Shown: in pieces, positions 35,179 through 44,682 of the stretch
Numbering within the stretch: the first letter of the stretch is position 1
Layout: the number at the start of each line of letters is the position of its first letter
From: Deltaproteobacteria bacterium
GTDB lineage: Bacteria > Myxococcota > JADLHZ01
Assembly (NCBI GenBank): GCA_020848545.1
Contig: JADLHZ010000148.1
Coordinates: forward strand, 492-64,491
Reading direction: 5' to 3'
Length of the DNA: 64,000 bases
The notes under the pieces: generated by a model
What the model was told of the DNA's origin: nothing
The model's database searches: none
What the model saw: only the letters and a program-made list of their open reading frames with translations
Made by a program: the position numbers and the translations under genes

Positions 35179-36814
35179 GCGCGTTCGTCTCCGCGGGCGC
35201 CTTGTCGGTGCCGACGATGGTCGCTGCGTGCGGCAGCGGGAAGCCTTGCAGCCGGTTGCGATAGTAATAGAGGAGGGCTCGGTTCAGGACGAACACGCGG
35301 TTGCCGCGCCGTTCGACAGCGGGCTCCGCGTGATAGACCGTGAAGCACACGAGCGCGCGCGAGAGCACGTCGTCGACGTCAGCGCTGAGCGCGACCGCGT
35401 CGAGGTGCAGGCGCTTGTCGGCCGCGAGCGTGCGCAGGGCGTCGAGCGCCGCGCCGATCTCCGTTCGCACCGAGTCGATGAGAAAGCCGGTGTGGATCTG
35501 GCCTTCGCGCAGCACCCGGTAGAGATCGGTGCCGGCGCTCTCGGCGAGGAGCATGTTGAACAACACGTGCGCCACGACGTGCGTCGGGCCGACGACCGTG
35601 CCCTGCGGATAACGCTCGGTCAGCTTGTCGCTCACTTGGCTGGTGAACTCTTCGTTGCGCTGCTGATCGTGGACGAAGACGCCGCGCTGCTTCAAGTAGC
35701 CGTCGATGGTGATCGGACGGCCATGCTGATCGACGCTGGTGCCGTCGTCGAGCACGCGGTTGCCGAAGGGATCCATCGCGGCGCCGATGTGCATGTGGAT
35801 GCTCGATTGGTGGCGCAGCACGGTGCGCAGGAAGTGCACCATGCGATCGACGCGCGACGACTCGTCGTCCTCGATGATGTAGCGCGCCTTGCCTGCCTCG
35901 GCGAGGTAATCGGCGACGAGGGTCTCCGCTTCGAGCACCATTTGGTACGTGAGCGTGCACGGCACGATGTACACGTTCGGCCGCTGCTTGTGCCGGCGCA
36001 GGTTCATCTCGTACGCCTCGAGCCCGCAGCCGAGCAGCCCCTTCTTCAAGCGCGATTCGACGCGGCCGCTGCGCGAGCGCGTGCCACCCGGGAAGAAGAT
36101 CTGGTGGTAGCCCATCTCCATCGAGACGGTCGCGTAGGTCTTGAGCACGTGTTTGTAGAGCGGCGCCTTCTTCTGGCGGTCGACGGTGTAGGCGCCGAGC
36201 CGCTTCAGAAAGGGCGCGAAGATCGGGTTCTTGAATAGGTTGTAACCGGCGCCGTACAGAAACGGCGGCAGCCCGATCCGGGCGAGCGCGTAGCCGAGCA
36301 CGACCGAGTCGAGGTTCGAGACGTGGGTCGGTGCGAGGATGACCGTGCCCTTCTGCGAAAGCGACTTCAGCGCGTCGACCGCGCCGAGCACGGTGATGTT
36401 GTCGTCGAGCGACTCCAAGCTGGCGACGGCGGAGGCGAGGCGGATCGGCGACATCGAGTTCAACAGCACCGAGAGCGTCTTCGATCCGTAACGGGTGAGC
36501 GCCTTGAAGAAGAGCGGGCTGAAGTGGCCGATGATCTCGTCGCCGTAGCGGTGGATGATCTGCTGCAGGATCTCGATCTGCTGCGCGGCGCCCGCGTTCG
36601 GAAAGGTGCGTGCGATCTTGCGCCAGTACGCCTTGTCCTGATCCTTGTGCGGCGCATGCACGTGGCCGCGCAGGCGAAAGCGCTCGTGGTAGAGCGTCTC
36701 GTTGATGATCTCTTCGATCGACAGCTTGCCCGGTGTCTTCGATTGCTCGCGGCACCACTCGAGCGCGCGGCTCGTGGTCTCGGTGAGGGCGATGTGCCGA
36801 TCTTTTGGGATCAC
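35171..36814 (-). CDS. Glycerol-3-phosphate / lysophospholipid acyltransferase (PlsB/GPAT-like)
   Basis: H(X)4D motif 'PTHVSNLDS' and 'FFPGGTRSRSGR' (acyltransferase block III). 8-nt overlap with gpsA. Confidence 0.75.
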   Translation of the reverse strand: MIPKDRHIALTETTSRALEWCREQSKTPGKLSIEEIINETLYHERFRLRGHVHAPHKDQDKAYWRKIARTFPNAGAAQQIEILQQIIHRYGDEIIGHFSPLFFKALTRYGSKTLSVLLNSMSPIRLASAVASLESLDDNITVLGAVDALKSLSQKGTVILAPTHVSNLDSVVLGYALARIGLPPFLYGAGYNLFKNPIFAPFLKRLGAYTVDRQKKAPLYKHVLKTYATVSMEMGYHQIFFPGGTRSRSGRVESRLKKGLLGCGLEAYEMNLRRHKQRPNVYIVPCTLTYQMVLEAETLVADYLAEAGKARYIIEDDESSRVDRMVHFLRTVLRHQSSIHMHIGAAMDPFGNRVLDDGTSVDQHGRPITIDGYLKQRGVFVHDQQRNEEFTSQVSDKLTERYPQGTVVGPTHVVAHVLFNMLLAESAGTDLYRVLREGQIHTGFLIDSVRTEIGAALDALRTLAADKRLHLDAVALSADVDDVLSRALVCFTVYHAEPAVERRGNRVFVLNRALLYYYRNRLQGFPLPHAATIVGTDKAPAETNAHA

Positions 36815-37869
36815 CGCGGCCGCTCCTCGGCGATGACGACGACGTTCCTCCCGCGCGCCTTACCGACGTACATCGCGCGATCGGCGGCGTCGATGAGATC
36901 GCGCGAGTCCTCGCCGTCCTGCGGATAGGTCGCGACGCCGAAGCTCGCGGTCAGCTTGAAGGCGGTGCCTGGGTGCGGCGGCGGCGCAGCGGCGAGCGCT
37001 TCACGCAGGCGGTTGGCGATGACGACCGCGCCGGCTTGATCGGTCTCGGGCATGACGATGACGAATTCGTCGCCGCCGTAGCGGACGGCACGGTCGGTCT
37101 CGCGGATCGTCTCGCGTAGAATCTTGCCGACGGTCGCGAGCAACGCAGAGCCGACCGAGTGGCCCCAAGTGTCGTTCACCGTCTTGAAACGATCGAGATC
37201 GAAGAAGATGAGGCTCAGCGGATGGTTGTAGCGTTTCGCCCGCAGCACCTCGTCCTTGAGCGCCGTCTCCAAGTAGCGCGCGTTGTAGAGCTGGGTCCAC
37301 TCGTCGACGACCGTGAGCACTTCGACGCGGCGAAAGGTGCGTGCGTTGTCGATGGCGATGGCGGCGAAGTCCGCGAATGGATTGAGGACGTGGAGATCGT
37401 CGTCGCTGTACGGATCCGGATCGCTCTCCTCTTTGATCAGCTCGATGACGCCGAGCACCTTGTCGCGGCAGATCATCGGCACGCACACGAGGCTGTGCGT
37501 TTGAAAGTTCGATTGCGCGTCGAAACGGCTCGAGAAGCGCGGATCGTCGGCCACCTTCGCCACGACGACCGATCGCTTGTGCTGCGCGACCCACCCGGCG
37601 ATGCCTTCGCCCACCTTGACGCGCAGGTGTCTGATCTTTTCGGCGGCGTCGCCGACCGCGATCTCGAAGTAGAGCTCGTCGGTTGCCGGATCGAGCAGCA
37701 TCAGCGACCAATTGCGCGGCTTCATCATCTGCGAGAGCGAGCGCATGATCGCCTGCAGCACTTCGTCGTGGCGCAGGTTCGACGTGAGGGCCTTACCAAC
37801 CTCGGTCAGCGCCTGGAAGTAGTCGAGGTACCGCGCCATCCGCGGCAGCGTGTCGCGATCCGGGGACAT
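36811..37869 (-). CDS. GAF-GGDEF diguanylate cyclase
   Basis: N-terminal GAF-like region. 'RETDRAVRYGGDEFVIVMPETD' has an RxxD I-site at the canonical spacing plus GGDEF. 4-nt overlap with the acyltransferase gene. Confidence 0.85.
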   Translation of the reverse strand: MSPDRDTLPRMARYLDYFQALTEVGKALTSNLRHDEVLQAIMRSLSQMMKPRNWSLMLLDPATDELYFEIAVGDAAEKIRHLRVKVGEGIAGWVAQHKRSVVVAKVADDPRFSSRFDAQSNFQTHSLVCVPMICRDKVLGVIELIKEESDPDPYSDDDLHVLNPFADFAAIAIDNARTFRRVEVLTVVDEWTQLYNARYLETALKDEVLRAKRYNHPLSLIFFDLDRFKTVNDTWGHSVGSALLATVGKILRETIRETDRAVRYGGDEFVIVMPETDQAGAVVIANRLREALAAAPPPHPGTAFKLTASFGVATYPQDGEDSRDLIDAADRAMYVGKARGRNVVVIAEERPR

Positions 37870-37955
37870 TCGGCGGGAGCATAGTGCGAAGGCGGGGGCG
37901 GGTCCATGTTAGTTGGCGAAGTGGTGAGCCGGGCAGAGCTTGGCAGAGACGAGCC

Positions 37956-39347
37956 TCAGGGGATGCTCGCTGCGTTCGGCGAGGAGGTCGGGAAGGCTCC
38001 GCTCGCCGCTTCCAGATCGACCAGCGCGCGGTGAGCGTCGACCAGCGCGTCGACCTGGCGGACCCGCGCTTCGATGCTCGCTTGCTCCCTGATGTTCACG
38101 AAGAGAACGGTGCTCTCGCCCAGTTGAAAGCGGCTGCGCTCGAGTCGCGCGAGCTCGTCGGCGAGTGAGACCTCCTCGCGCGTCGCCGCAATGCGTTGGT
38201 GGGCCATGCGTGCGGCGCTGGCGGCGTCCTGCACCTCGTTGACCGCACGTTCCTCTTGCATCTGCAAGAGCATTTCGTTGCGTGCCACGCTTGCCTCCGC
38301 TGCGAGCACACGGCCGCGTTGAAAGCGAAAGGCGAGTGGAAGGTCGAGCACAACGCCCACTTGCAGCTCGAACTGTCGTCGGCCGGGGTCGACGAGGCCG
38401 AGATCCTGCGCAGCGGTGGCTCGTACGTCGAGCGCAGGCCACAACTGGTTCTTCTGCAGACCGAGGTCGACGCGAGAGTCTCTCACGACGGCGCGTAGGC
38501 GAAGAAGATCTGGGCGTGCGTTCCGTGCGCGTTGCTTGAGGGCCTCGAGCGCGCTGAGATCCAACGTTGGCTCGACCAGCTCGTTCAGAGCGTTTGTCCG
38601 GTTTGGCGTCATCGGCGCGCCCTGCGCATCGCGGAGGTAGAGCGACAAGTCGATCGCGGCTTGCTCGAGCGCGCGCTCCGCGCTCGCGAGCTGCGCTCTG
38701 CGCTGAGCGATCGCGCGTTCGTTGTCGATCCGCTCGACGAGGGGGAGATCTCCCGCCGCCACGCGTGACGCGAGCCCGCTTTGCCGCTCTGTTGCGAGCG
38801 CGAGCATTTGCTCTGCGAGCCGCAGCTTCGATGCGGCGCCGATCCACGCGTAGTATCGGTTCGAGGCAACCCTGAGGGCCTCGAGCTCGGTTGCGGCAAC
38901 TCCAGCGAGAGCGCGCTCCCTGGCGATCTCGGACCGCTTGACCGCCGCTCGCGTGCGGTCGATTGGACCGTTTCGGAGCAGTGGAACATTTACGCCGGCC
39001 CGGATCTCGCCAGCGCTGCCGGTGACGTCCTTGCCTTCGTAGTCTGGGAAGGCGCCGACGCCCAGCCGATAACCGGTGAAGACCGACGCGCCCCAAAGTG
39101 GCGTGGGCTGCTCGATGGCGGTGTCGAAAACCAACCCTCGATAGTTGCCCGTGACGTCACCCGTCAAACGCGAAACGAAGCGAGGATCAAAGCCCCCATC
39201 TGCGGCGAGCCTCTCCGCCTCGGCCATGGCCAGCTCGCGTTGTGCAGCGACGATCATGGGAAAGTGCTCGCGAACGGACCGGTGCAGCACGTCGAGCGTC
39301 AAGGTGTCGGCTGCGGCGGCGACGCACAGCGTAAAGACCGCGATCAT
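37956..39347 (-). CDS. TolC-family outer membrane efflux protein
   Basis: Start trimmed to 'MIAVFTLCVAAAA' (4-nt overlap with the upstream stop). Two helix-rich OEP-like repeats. Confidence 0.75.
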   Translation of the reverse strand: MIAVFTLCVAAAADTLTLDVLHRSVREHFPMIVAAQRELAMAEAERLAADGGFDPRFVSRLTGDVTGNYRGLVFDTAIEQPTPLWGASVFTGYRLGVGAFPDYEGKDVTGSAGEIRAGVNVPLLRNGPIDRTRAAVKRSEIARERALAGVAATELEALRVASNRYYAWIGAASKLRLAEQMLALATERQSGLASRVAAGDLPLVERIDNERAIAQRRAQLASAERALEQAAIDLSLYLRDAQGAPMTPNRTNALNELVEPTLDLSALEALKQRARNARPDLLRLRAVVRDSRVDLGLQKNQLWPALDVRATAAQDLGLVDPGRRQFELQVGVVLDLPLAFRFQRGRVLAAEASVARNEMLLQMQEERAVNEVQDAASAARMAHQRIAATREEVSLADELARLERSRFQLGESTVLFVNIREQASIEARVRQVDALVDAHRALVDLEAASGAFPTSSPNAASIP

Positions 39348-41536
39348 GATTCGGCCATGCCTTTGGCGCTCGCGGTCTCCTCTGGAGCTTCCGGCAACGA
39401 GGGCGGAAACCCATTCAAGCGGCGCCACAGCTCGAACCCGAGACTGACGTTGCCGAGGAGCACCCATCCCTGAACACGGACATTCTGCCGCAAGAAACGC
39501 GAATCGGGCCACGTCCCGGACTGCGACTCGACGACGACGACGCGCAGCCGACCGCGATCATCGCTCGCAGCATCGACGAGGGCGACCTTCGCTTCGAAGG
39601 TTCCAATCGCCACCTGCGGCCAGCCCGAGAACTGGACGGCCGGCCATCCTTCGAACTGAACGCGCACGAGTTGTCCCACCTGCACGAGTGGAGCGTCGAG
39701 GCCGGTCACGAAAAGCTCGGCCGCTCGATCTGCGGTGTCCGGTATCATGACCAGCAAGGTGTCGCCCGACTTGACCATCGCGCCACCCTGCGCGTTGGCG
39801 ACGACGCGCAGAATCACGCCGTCGCGCGGCGATACGACCGCTTGGCTCGCCTGACGAGCGAGGCGTACGTCCATCCTTGCGATTTCCGCTCCCGCGGCAG
39901 CCATTTCGGCCTCGGCGGCGGCCAGCACTGCGCGTGCGTCACCGATCTGCGCGTCGGCATCCGTCAGCGCGCGCCGCTGCTCTGCCTCGAGCGCGCTGAG
40001 CTCCTCCTGTGCGGCTCTGACCGTCGCTTCGGCGCGATCCAGCTCTGCGTGCGCCCTGGCGTCGTCGAGCACAGAAAGCTCCACAGTTCGCTCCGCGGCC
40101 AGCCCTTCGCTGGCGAGCTTGCGCTGACGCTCGACGTTCTTCCTCGCGGCGGTCACCCCTGCAACCGCAGCGTCGCGAGCCCTGAGCGCGGCAGTGAGTC
40201 GCTCCTTTGCCATGCCTACGCGTGCGCGTGCGGCGGACTGAGCATTCATCCTCGACTCACCGAGCGAGGCGACGCGGACCTCCATCGCGGAAGCACGACG
40301 CTGGGTTGCGCCGAGGCGCGCATGTAACGCTTCGCGCTCGGCGGTGAGGCGAACGAGGATTGCGGGGTCGTTGTCCGAAATGTCGACGAGCGGATCTCCT
40401 TGCCTCACTCGTTGTCCCTCCTGGACGTGCCACCGGACGACGCGCCCTTCGATTGGCGCTTCAACCGTCTGCTGGCGATCGGTCGGCGCATATGCAATCA
40501 CGCGACCGCGCGAGAAGGCCGTCTGGCGCCACGGCACGAGCGCGAGCAAGAGCGCAGCGAGTATGACGCCGGCCGTTGTCAGCCGCGCCAGGAGCGGGAG
40601 GCTGCGTCGCGCTGGTGGTGTCGCGCGCTCGAGCGGCGCCGCCGCACTTTCCAGTTTGGAATGCGCAGCGACGAGATCATACACTTTCTCCATCAACTTT
40701 GGTGTCTTGGTCAGGCTCTGCGCGGCAAGCGCGATCACGATCTCGGACGCCACAAGCTGTCCAAGCGAAAGCTCGCCGCGCATGAGCAGTGTGAGGCCGA
40801 GGGCGAGGAATGCAGCGCTCGTGATGGCGACGATGAGGTGACTCGAGACGGTCTGCCACCAGAGCACGCGGAAGTACTCGCCGCGGGCCTTTCGGTAAGC
40901 GCGCAAGTGGCTTTCAGCGTGTGGCGTTGGTTCGACCAGCGCTGCGGCCACGGCGTGCTTCTCGGTGGAGACCGCCATGGCACGTGCGGTCCCTCGTTTG
41001 TAGAACGCCGCGAAGTACGAGGCGATGACACCAACGAAAGCGAGCGCGAAGACCATGAGCGCCGGATGATAGATTGACAGCAAGAGCACCGCGGTGAGGA
41101 TCTGCAGCAAGACCATCGGTGCCTCTACGAGCCACAGCGACAACGACTTCTGGGCGACGACGACGTCGTAGAATTTGAGGGCGGAGCGTGGGCGAAGCTG
41201 CGGATCGGCCATGAATCGACGCGTCGTGTCGACAAAGTATCGGACGAGGACACCCTCGACGATCACCAATTTCGCTGCTTGCAGGAAGCCCGCCGTGGTG
41301 AGCGCAACGAGCAGTCCGGCCGTGAGCACGAGTACGGGCTGTACGAGCGCGGTCGACGCGACATTGCTGACGATCGCCTGCATGGTGAGCGGTACGCTCG
41401 CGTCGACGATGCCGAGCGCGGTTGCGTAGATCGCGAGCGGATAGAGCGCGCGCCGTTCGCTGCGCAGAATGTCCACGATGTTGACAGGCCTCGAGTATCT
41501 GGAATTGGTAGTCATGTACAAATAAGAATGACTCAT
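39344..41536 (-). CDS. Fusion protein: ABC-exporter-type transmembrane domain (no ATPase domain) + HlyD-family periplasmic adaptor
   Basis: The N-terminal ~300 aa has six hydrophobic helices, with 'GELSLGQLVASEIV' like TM6 of type I ABC exporters. This is followed by a TM helix, the lipoyl-like 'VEAPIEGRVVRWHVQEGQRVRQGDPLVDI', a long coiled coil and 'VVSPRDGVILRV'. No Walker A/B or LSGGQ motif is present. The start is uncertain because the 5' end is AT-rich. Confidence 0.7.
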   Translation of the reverse strand: MSHSYLYMTTNSRYSRPVNIVDILRSERRALYPLAIYATALGIVDASVPLTMQAIVSNVASTALVQPVLVLTAGLLVALTTAGFLQAAKLVIVEGVLVRYFVDTTRRFMADPQLRPRSALKFYDVVVAQKSLSLWLVEAPMVLLQILTAVLLLSIYHPALMVFALAFVGVIASYFAAFYKRGTARAMAVSTEKHAVAAALVEPTPHAESHLRAYRKARGEYFRVLWWQTVSSHLIVAITSAAFLALGLTLLMRGELSLGQLVASEIVIALAAQSLTKTPKLMEKVYDLVAAHSKLESAAAPLERATPPARRSLPLLARLTTAGVILAALLLALVPWRQTAFSRGRVIAYAPTDRQQTVEAPIEGRVVRWHVQEGQRVRQGDPLVDISDNDPAILVRLTAEREALHARLGATQRRASAMEVRVASLGESRMNAQSAARARVGMAKERLTAALRARDAAVAGVTAARKNVERQRKLASEGLAAERTVELSVLDDARAHAELDRAEATVRAAQEELSALEAEQRRALTDADAQIGDARAVLAAAEAEMAAAGAEIARMDVRLARQASQAVVSPRDGVILRVVANAQGGAMVKSGDTLLVMIPDTADRAAELFVTGLDAPLVQVGQLVRVQFEGWPAVQFSGWPQVAIGTFEAKVALVDAASDDRGRLRVVVVESQSGTWPDSRFLRQNVRVQGWVLLGNVSLGFELWRRLNGFPPSLPEAPEETASAKGMAES

Positions 41537-41544
41537 GATTCATG

Positions 41545-41575
41545 TATTGTCTATGGAGAAATTGTGGGCTATTGT
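41545..41575. promoter_or_regulatory. AT-rich divergent promoter with repeated (T)ATTGT motifs (candidate operator)
   Basis: ATTGT occurs at 41546, 41561 and 41571. TATTGT occurs at 41545 and 41570. All lie within the 45-bp gap between the efflux fusion gene and the wHTH gene. Confidence 0.25.
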
Positions 41576-41581
41576 ATTGAG

Positions 41582-41860
41582 ATGGCTCAAAGCAACTGGA
41601 CGTTCCTGACCAATCATACTCACGTGCTCGTGTGCCTCTACTCCGACGAGGTGATCACGCTTCGTGAGGTCGCGAAGGTCGTTGGCATCACGGAGCGTGC
41701 GGCACACCGGATCGTCGCGGACCTCGAGAGCACGGGTTACGTGATCAAGAACAAGGACGGGCGGCGTAACCGCTACCGGGTCCATACGAGCAAGCCGCTG
41801 CGCCACCCCATGGAGGCGCACAAGTCGGTGGGCGCGTTGCTTGCGCTCCTCGCCAAGTAA
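41582..41860 (+). CDS. Small winged-helix (ArsR/MarR-like) transcriptional regulator
   Basis: 'WTFLTNHTHVLVCLYSDEVITLREVAKVVGITERAAHRIVADLESTGYVIKNKDGRRNRYRV' is a typical HTH plus wing. Confidence 0.75.
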   Translation: MAQSNWTFLTNHTHVLVCLYSDEVITLREVAKVVGITERAAHRIVADLESTGYVIKNKDGRRNRYRVHTSKPLRHPMEAHKSVGALLALLAK

Positions 41861-41934
41861 CTCCGTAGGAAAGTGCGCAAGCCTGAGTCGCAACGGACGA
41901 CGGCGCATCTCGCGAAGCGGGCTGGATGTACTTT

Positions 41935-42756
41935 CTAAACGAAGAAGTCGGGGAACAGCGGCGCGCCGGGCGTGACCGCGTACTTCTCGAAGTCCTTCAC
42001 GCCGCGCGCCTTCAGGATGTCGTCGTCGATGATGAACTGCCCGGTGAGCTCGCGGCTGTTCGTCGTCAAGATCGCATGCGCCGCGTCGGCCATGATGTCC
42101 GCCGTGCGACAACCTTTGATCGCATCGTCGCCGCCGAGCAGGTTCTTGATCGCCGCGGTCGCGATCGCCGTCCGCGGCCACAACGCGTTCACGGCGACGC
42201 CCTTGTCGCGAAACTCCTCGGCCATCCCGAGCACGCACATGCTCATGCCGTACTTCGCCATGGAATACGCGACGTGCGGGCCGAACCAGCGCGGCTCCAT
42301 GTTCAGCGGCGGCGACAGCGTGAGGATGTGCGGGTTCTGGGCCTTCAACAGGTGCGGCAGCGCGATCTGTGAGCACATGAAGGTGCCGCGCGAGTTGATG
42401 CCGTGCATGAGATCGTAGCGCTTCATCGGCGTCTCGAGCGTCGGCGTGAGGCTGATCGCCGAGGCGTTGTTCACCAAGATGTCGATGCCGCCGAACTTCT
42501 TCACCGTCTCGGCGACGGCGGCCTGCACCTGCTCCTCGTAGCGGATGTCGACGATGCACGGCAGCGCTTTGCCGCCGGCCTTTTCGATGTCCTCGCACGC
42601 CGTGTACACGGTGCCCGGCAGGCGCGGATCCGGATCCTTCGTCTTCGCGACGACCGCGACGTTGGCGCCGTCTTTGGCCGCACGTACTGCGATCGCGTGG
42701 CCGATGCCGCGGCTCGCGCCAGTGATGAACAGGGTCTTGCCTTTGAGTGTGCTCAT
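41935..42756 (-). CDS. Short-chain dehydrogenase/reductase (HSDL2-like)
   Basis: 'GKTLFITGASRGIGHAIA', 'NNAS' and 'YSMAKYG' (YxxxK). Confidence 0.85.
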   Translation of the reverse strand: MSTLKGKTLFITGASRGIGHAIAVRAAKDGANVAVVAKTKDPDPRLPGTVYTACEDIEKAGGKALPCIVDIRYEEQVQAAVAETVKKFGGIDILVNNASAISLTPTLETPMKRYDLMHGINSRGTFMCSQIALPHLLKAQNPHILTLSPPLNMEPRWFGPHVAYSMAKYGMSMCVLGMAEEFRDKGVAVNALWPRTAIATAAIKNLLGGDDAIKGCRTADIMADAAHAILTTNSRELTGQFIIDDDILKARGVKDFEKYAVTPGAPLFPDFFV

Positions 42757-42819
42757 GTTCGCGATCTCCAGGCGGCGGGTCTAGCCGCGCGGGGGAGGCC
42801 CTGGCAATGGGGAACGCCT

Positions 42820-44682
42820 CTAGAGGCGGCCGGCGCCCCCAATTGAGCCCCGCGCCGCTTCTTTCACTGCGGCCAAGGCGGCGTCGCACTGAAGCGCATC
42901 GCCGCGAAAGCGCGCGCGTTGAAATGCGGTGACGAAGTCGGTCGCCGCTGAAGCGACGCGATCGTGCCCTGCGGTGTGCAAGCGCGCGATGAGCTCGGCG
43001 TCGGTCTCGGCGGCGGCGCGCTGAAAACCGAGGCGACGCAGGTGGCCCGCGTATTCAGCGTAGGCGCGCAGGAAGGCGGGATCCTTCGTATCCATCGCGC
43101 GGGTGACCACGAGGCGAACACCGCGTTGCCGCCGGCGTTGTATGATCGCGACGATGGCGAGCAGCGCGACGAAAGCGTAGACGAAGGGCGATCGCATCAC
43201 GGCGAGCAACACCGCCGCAGGCCGATGCCGCATCGCCGCGAACGCGCGCCCGAAGAACGCCGCAAGCGCACCGAACGCGTCGCGCCAAGCCCCGCGCGAT
43301 CGTTGCACACCGAGCGCGTCGTCGCGGCTGCGAAAGGGCGTCGGATCGAACGCGACGTAGCGATCGTCGAGGTAGACTTCCACCCAGGCGTGGGCGTCGC
43401 GCGCGCGGACGACGGTGCGGCCCGTCAGCGCGTTGCGTTCCGCCGGTGCGAAGCCGGTGACGAGACGCGCCGGCACGCCGCGCACGGACAAGAGCGCCAC
43501 CATCGCGCTCGCGAAGTAGGTGCAGAACGCTGGGCGCTTCTCGCGGATGAGCACGGCGAGCGGATGGCCTTTGCCGTAGAGGTCGACGTCCAACGAATAG
43601 GTGAAGCTCGCGGCGAAGTACTGTTCCAGCGTCTCGGCCTGCGCGCGCGTGGAGCGTTCGGCGCCGAGCAGCTCATCGGCGAGGGGGCGCAGCTCGGCCG
43701 CGAGCTCGTCGGGCAACGCGATCGGCGCCGGCGAAGGCTCCGCAGGCAAGCGCTCTTCACCGCGCGCGAGGGTCAGCGTGAGCCCGCCGAGATCGGCGCC
43801 GCCGACGATCCACCCGCCGCGCGTTTGCGTCGCCGCGCCGCTCACGGCGAGCACTCCGGCCGGCGCGGGGACGAGGTCGTCGCCCGCGGTCAAGAACGTG
43901 AGCTCGAGGCGCGCGCCGTCGCCGCCGGGCAGCGTGAGGCGCTCGTTCTTTCGACGCTCGGCCGCGGTCCAGCGGCGCCCGTCGAAGACTTCGAGCACGC
44001 CCGTGCGCAGGTAGCGGGGAGGGTCGCCGTCGAGGTCGAGCACGGCCTCGTCCGAGATAGGAACGTGTGTCGCGGCGGGCAAATCGACGCTCGTTCGGTG
44101 CTGCGTGCCGCCGCCTTCGCTCAATCGGATGAGCGTCTCCATCAAGATGCCTTCGCTGGCGCGCAGGCCGAGCGCGAGCGGCCACGCGGCACCGAGAGCG
44201 AGCGCCGCGAAGCCGGCGAAGCCGACCGCCGTCACACCGCTCGTCAACGCGCCGGCCTCTGCGAGCAGCGCGCCGAGCGTGGACAAGGCCAGCAGGCCGA
44301 GCGCGATCGCCAGCGCTGGCGAGAGATCGACGTTCGTCGACAGCACCGCGAGCAACCACGCGTAGACGAGCGCGAAGCCGCGGCGATCCGAGAGCGCGCA
44401 AAAGACGGAGCAGCCGAGCAAAGCCGTGCACAGCGGCGAGAGCAACGGCGGCGGCACCGGCCCGGGCGGGGTCGGCGCGAAGCCATGCAGAGCGAGGCCC
44501 AGCGCCGCGCCGGCAATGAGCGCGAACAGCAACCACCCCGCGCGGTGCGGCACGCGCCACCCGACGATCGTCGCGAGCAGCACGATCGCTGCCGCGGGCC
44601 CGGTCACGAGCCAGCGATCGTGCGCGGCCGCATGCACGGCGAACGCTGCGAGCACCGGCAACGCCGCAGCGACGCGCTTCAT
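42820..44682 (-). CDS. Membrane transglutaminase-like protein (TgpA-type: N-terminal multi-TM + TGase core)
   Basis: Start trimmed to 'MKRVAAALPVLAAF' (ATGA overlap with the DUF58 stop). Core motifs 'AFCTYFASAMVALLSVRGVPARLVTGF' and 'DAHAWVEVYLDDRYVAFDPT' (Cys-His-Asp). Confidence 0.8.
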   Translation of the reverse strand: MKRVAAALPVLAAFAVHAAAHDRWLVTGPAAAIVLLATIVGWRVPHRAGWLLFALIAGAALGLALHGFAPTPPGPVPPPLLSPLCTALLGCSVFCALSDRRGFALVYAWLLAVLSTNVDLSPALAIALGLLALSTLGALLAEAGALTSGVTAVGFAGFAALALGAAWPLALGLRASEGILMETLIRLSEGGGTQHRTSVDLPAATHVPISDEAVLDLDGDPPRYLRTGVLEVFDGRRWTAAERRKNERLTLPGGDGARLELTFLTAGDDLVPAPAGVLAVSGAATQTRGGWIVGGADLGGLTLTLARGEERLPAEPSPAPIALPDELAAELRPLADELLGAERSTRAQAETLEQYFAASFTYSLDVDLYGKGHPLAVLIREKRPAFCTYFASAMVALLSVRGVPARLVTGFAPAERNALTGRTVVRARDAHAWVEVYLDDRYVAFDPTPFRSRDDALGVQRSRGAWRDAFGALAAFFGRAFAAMRHRPAAVLLAVMRSPFVYAFVALLAIVAIIQRRRQRGVRLVVTRAMDTKDPAFLRAYAEYAGHLRRLGFQRAAAETDAELIARLHTAGHDRVASAATDFVTAFQRARFRGDALQCDAALAAVKEAARGSIGGAGRL

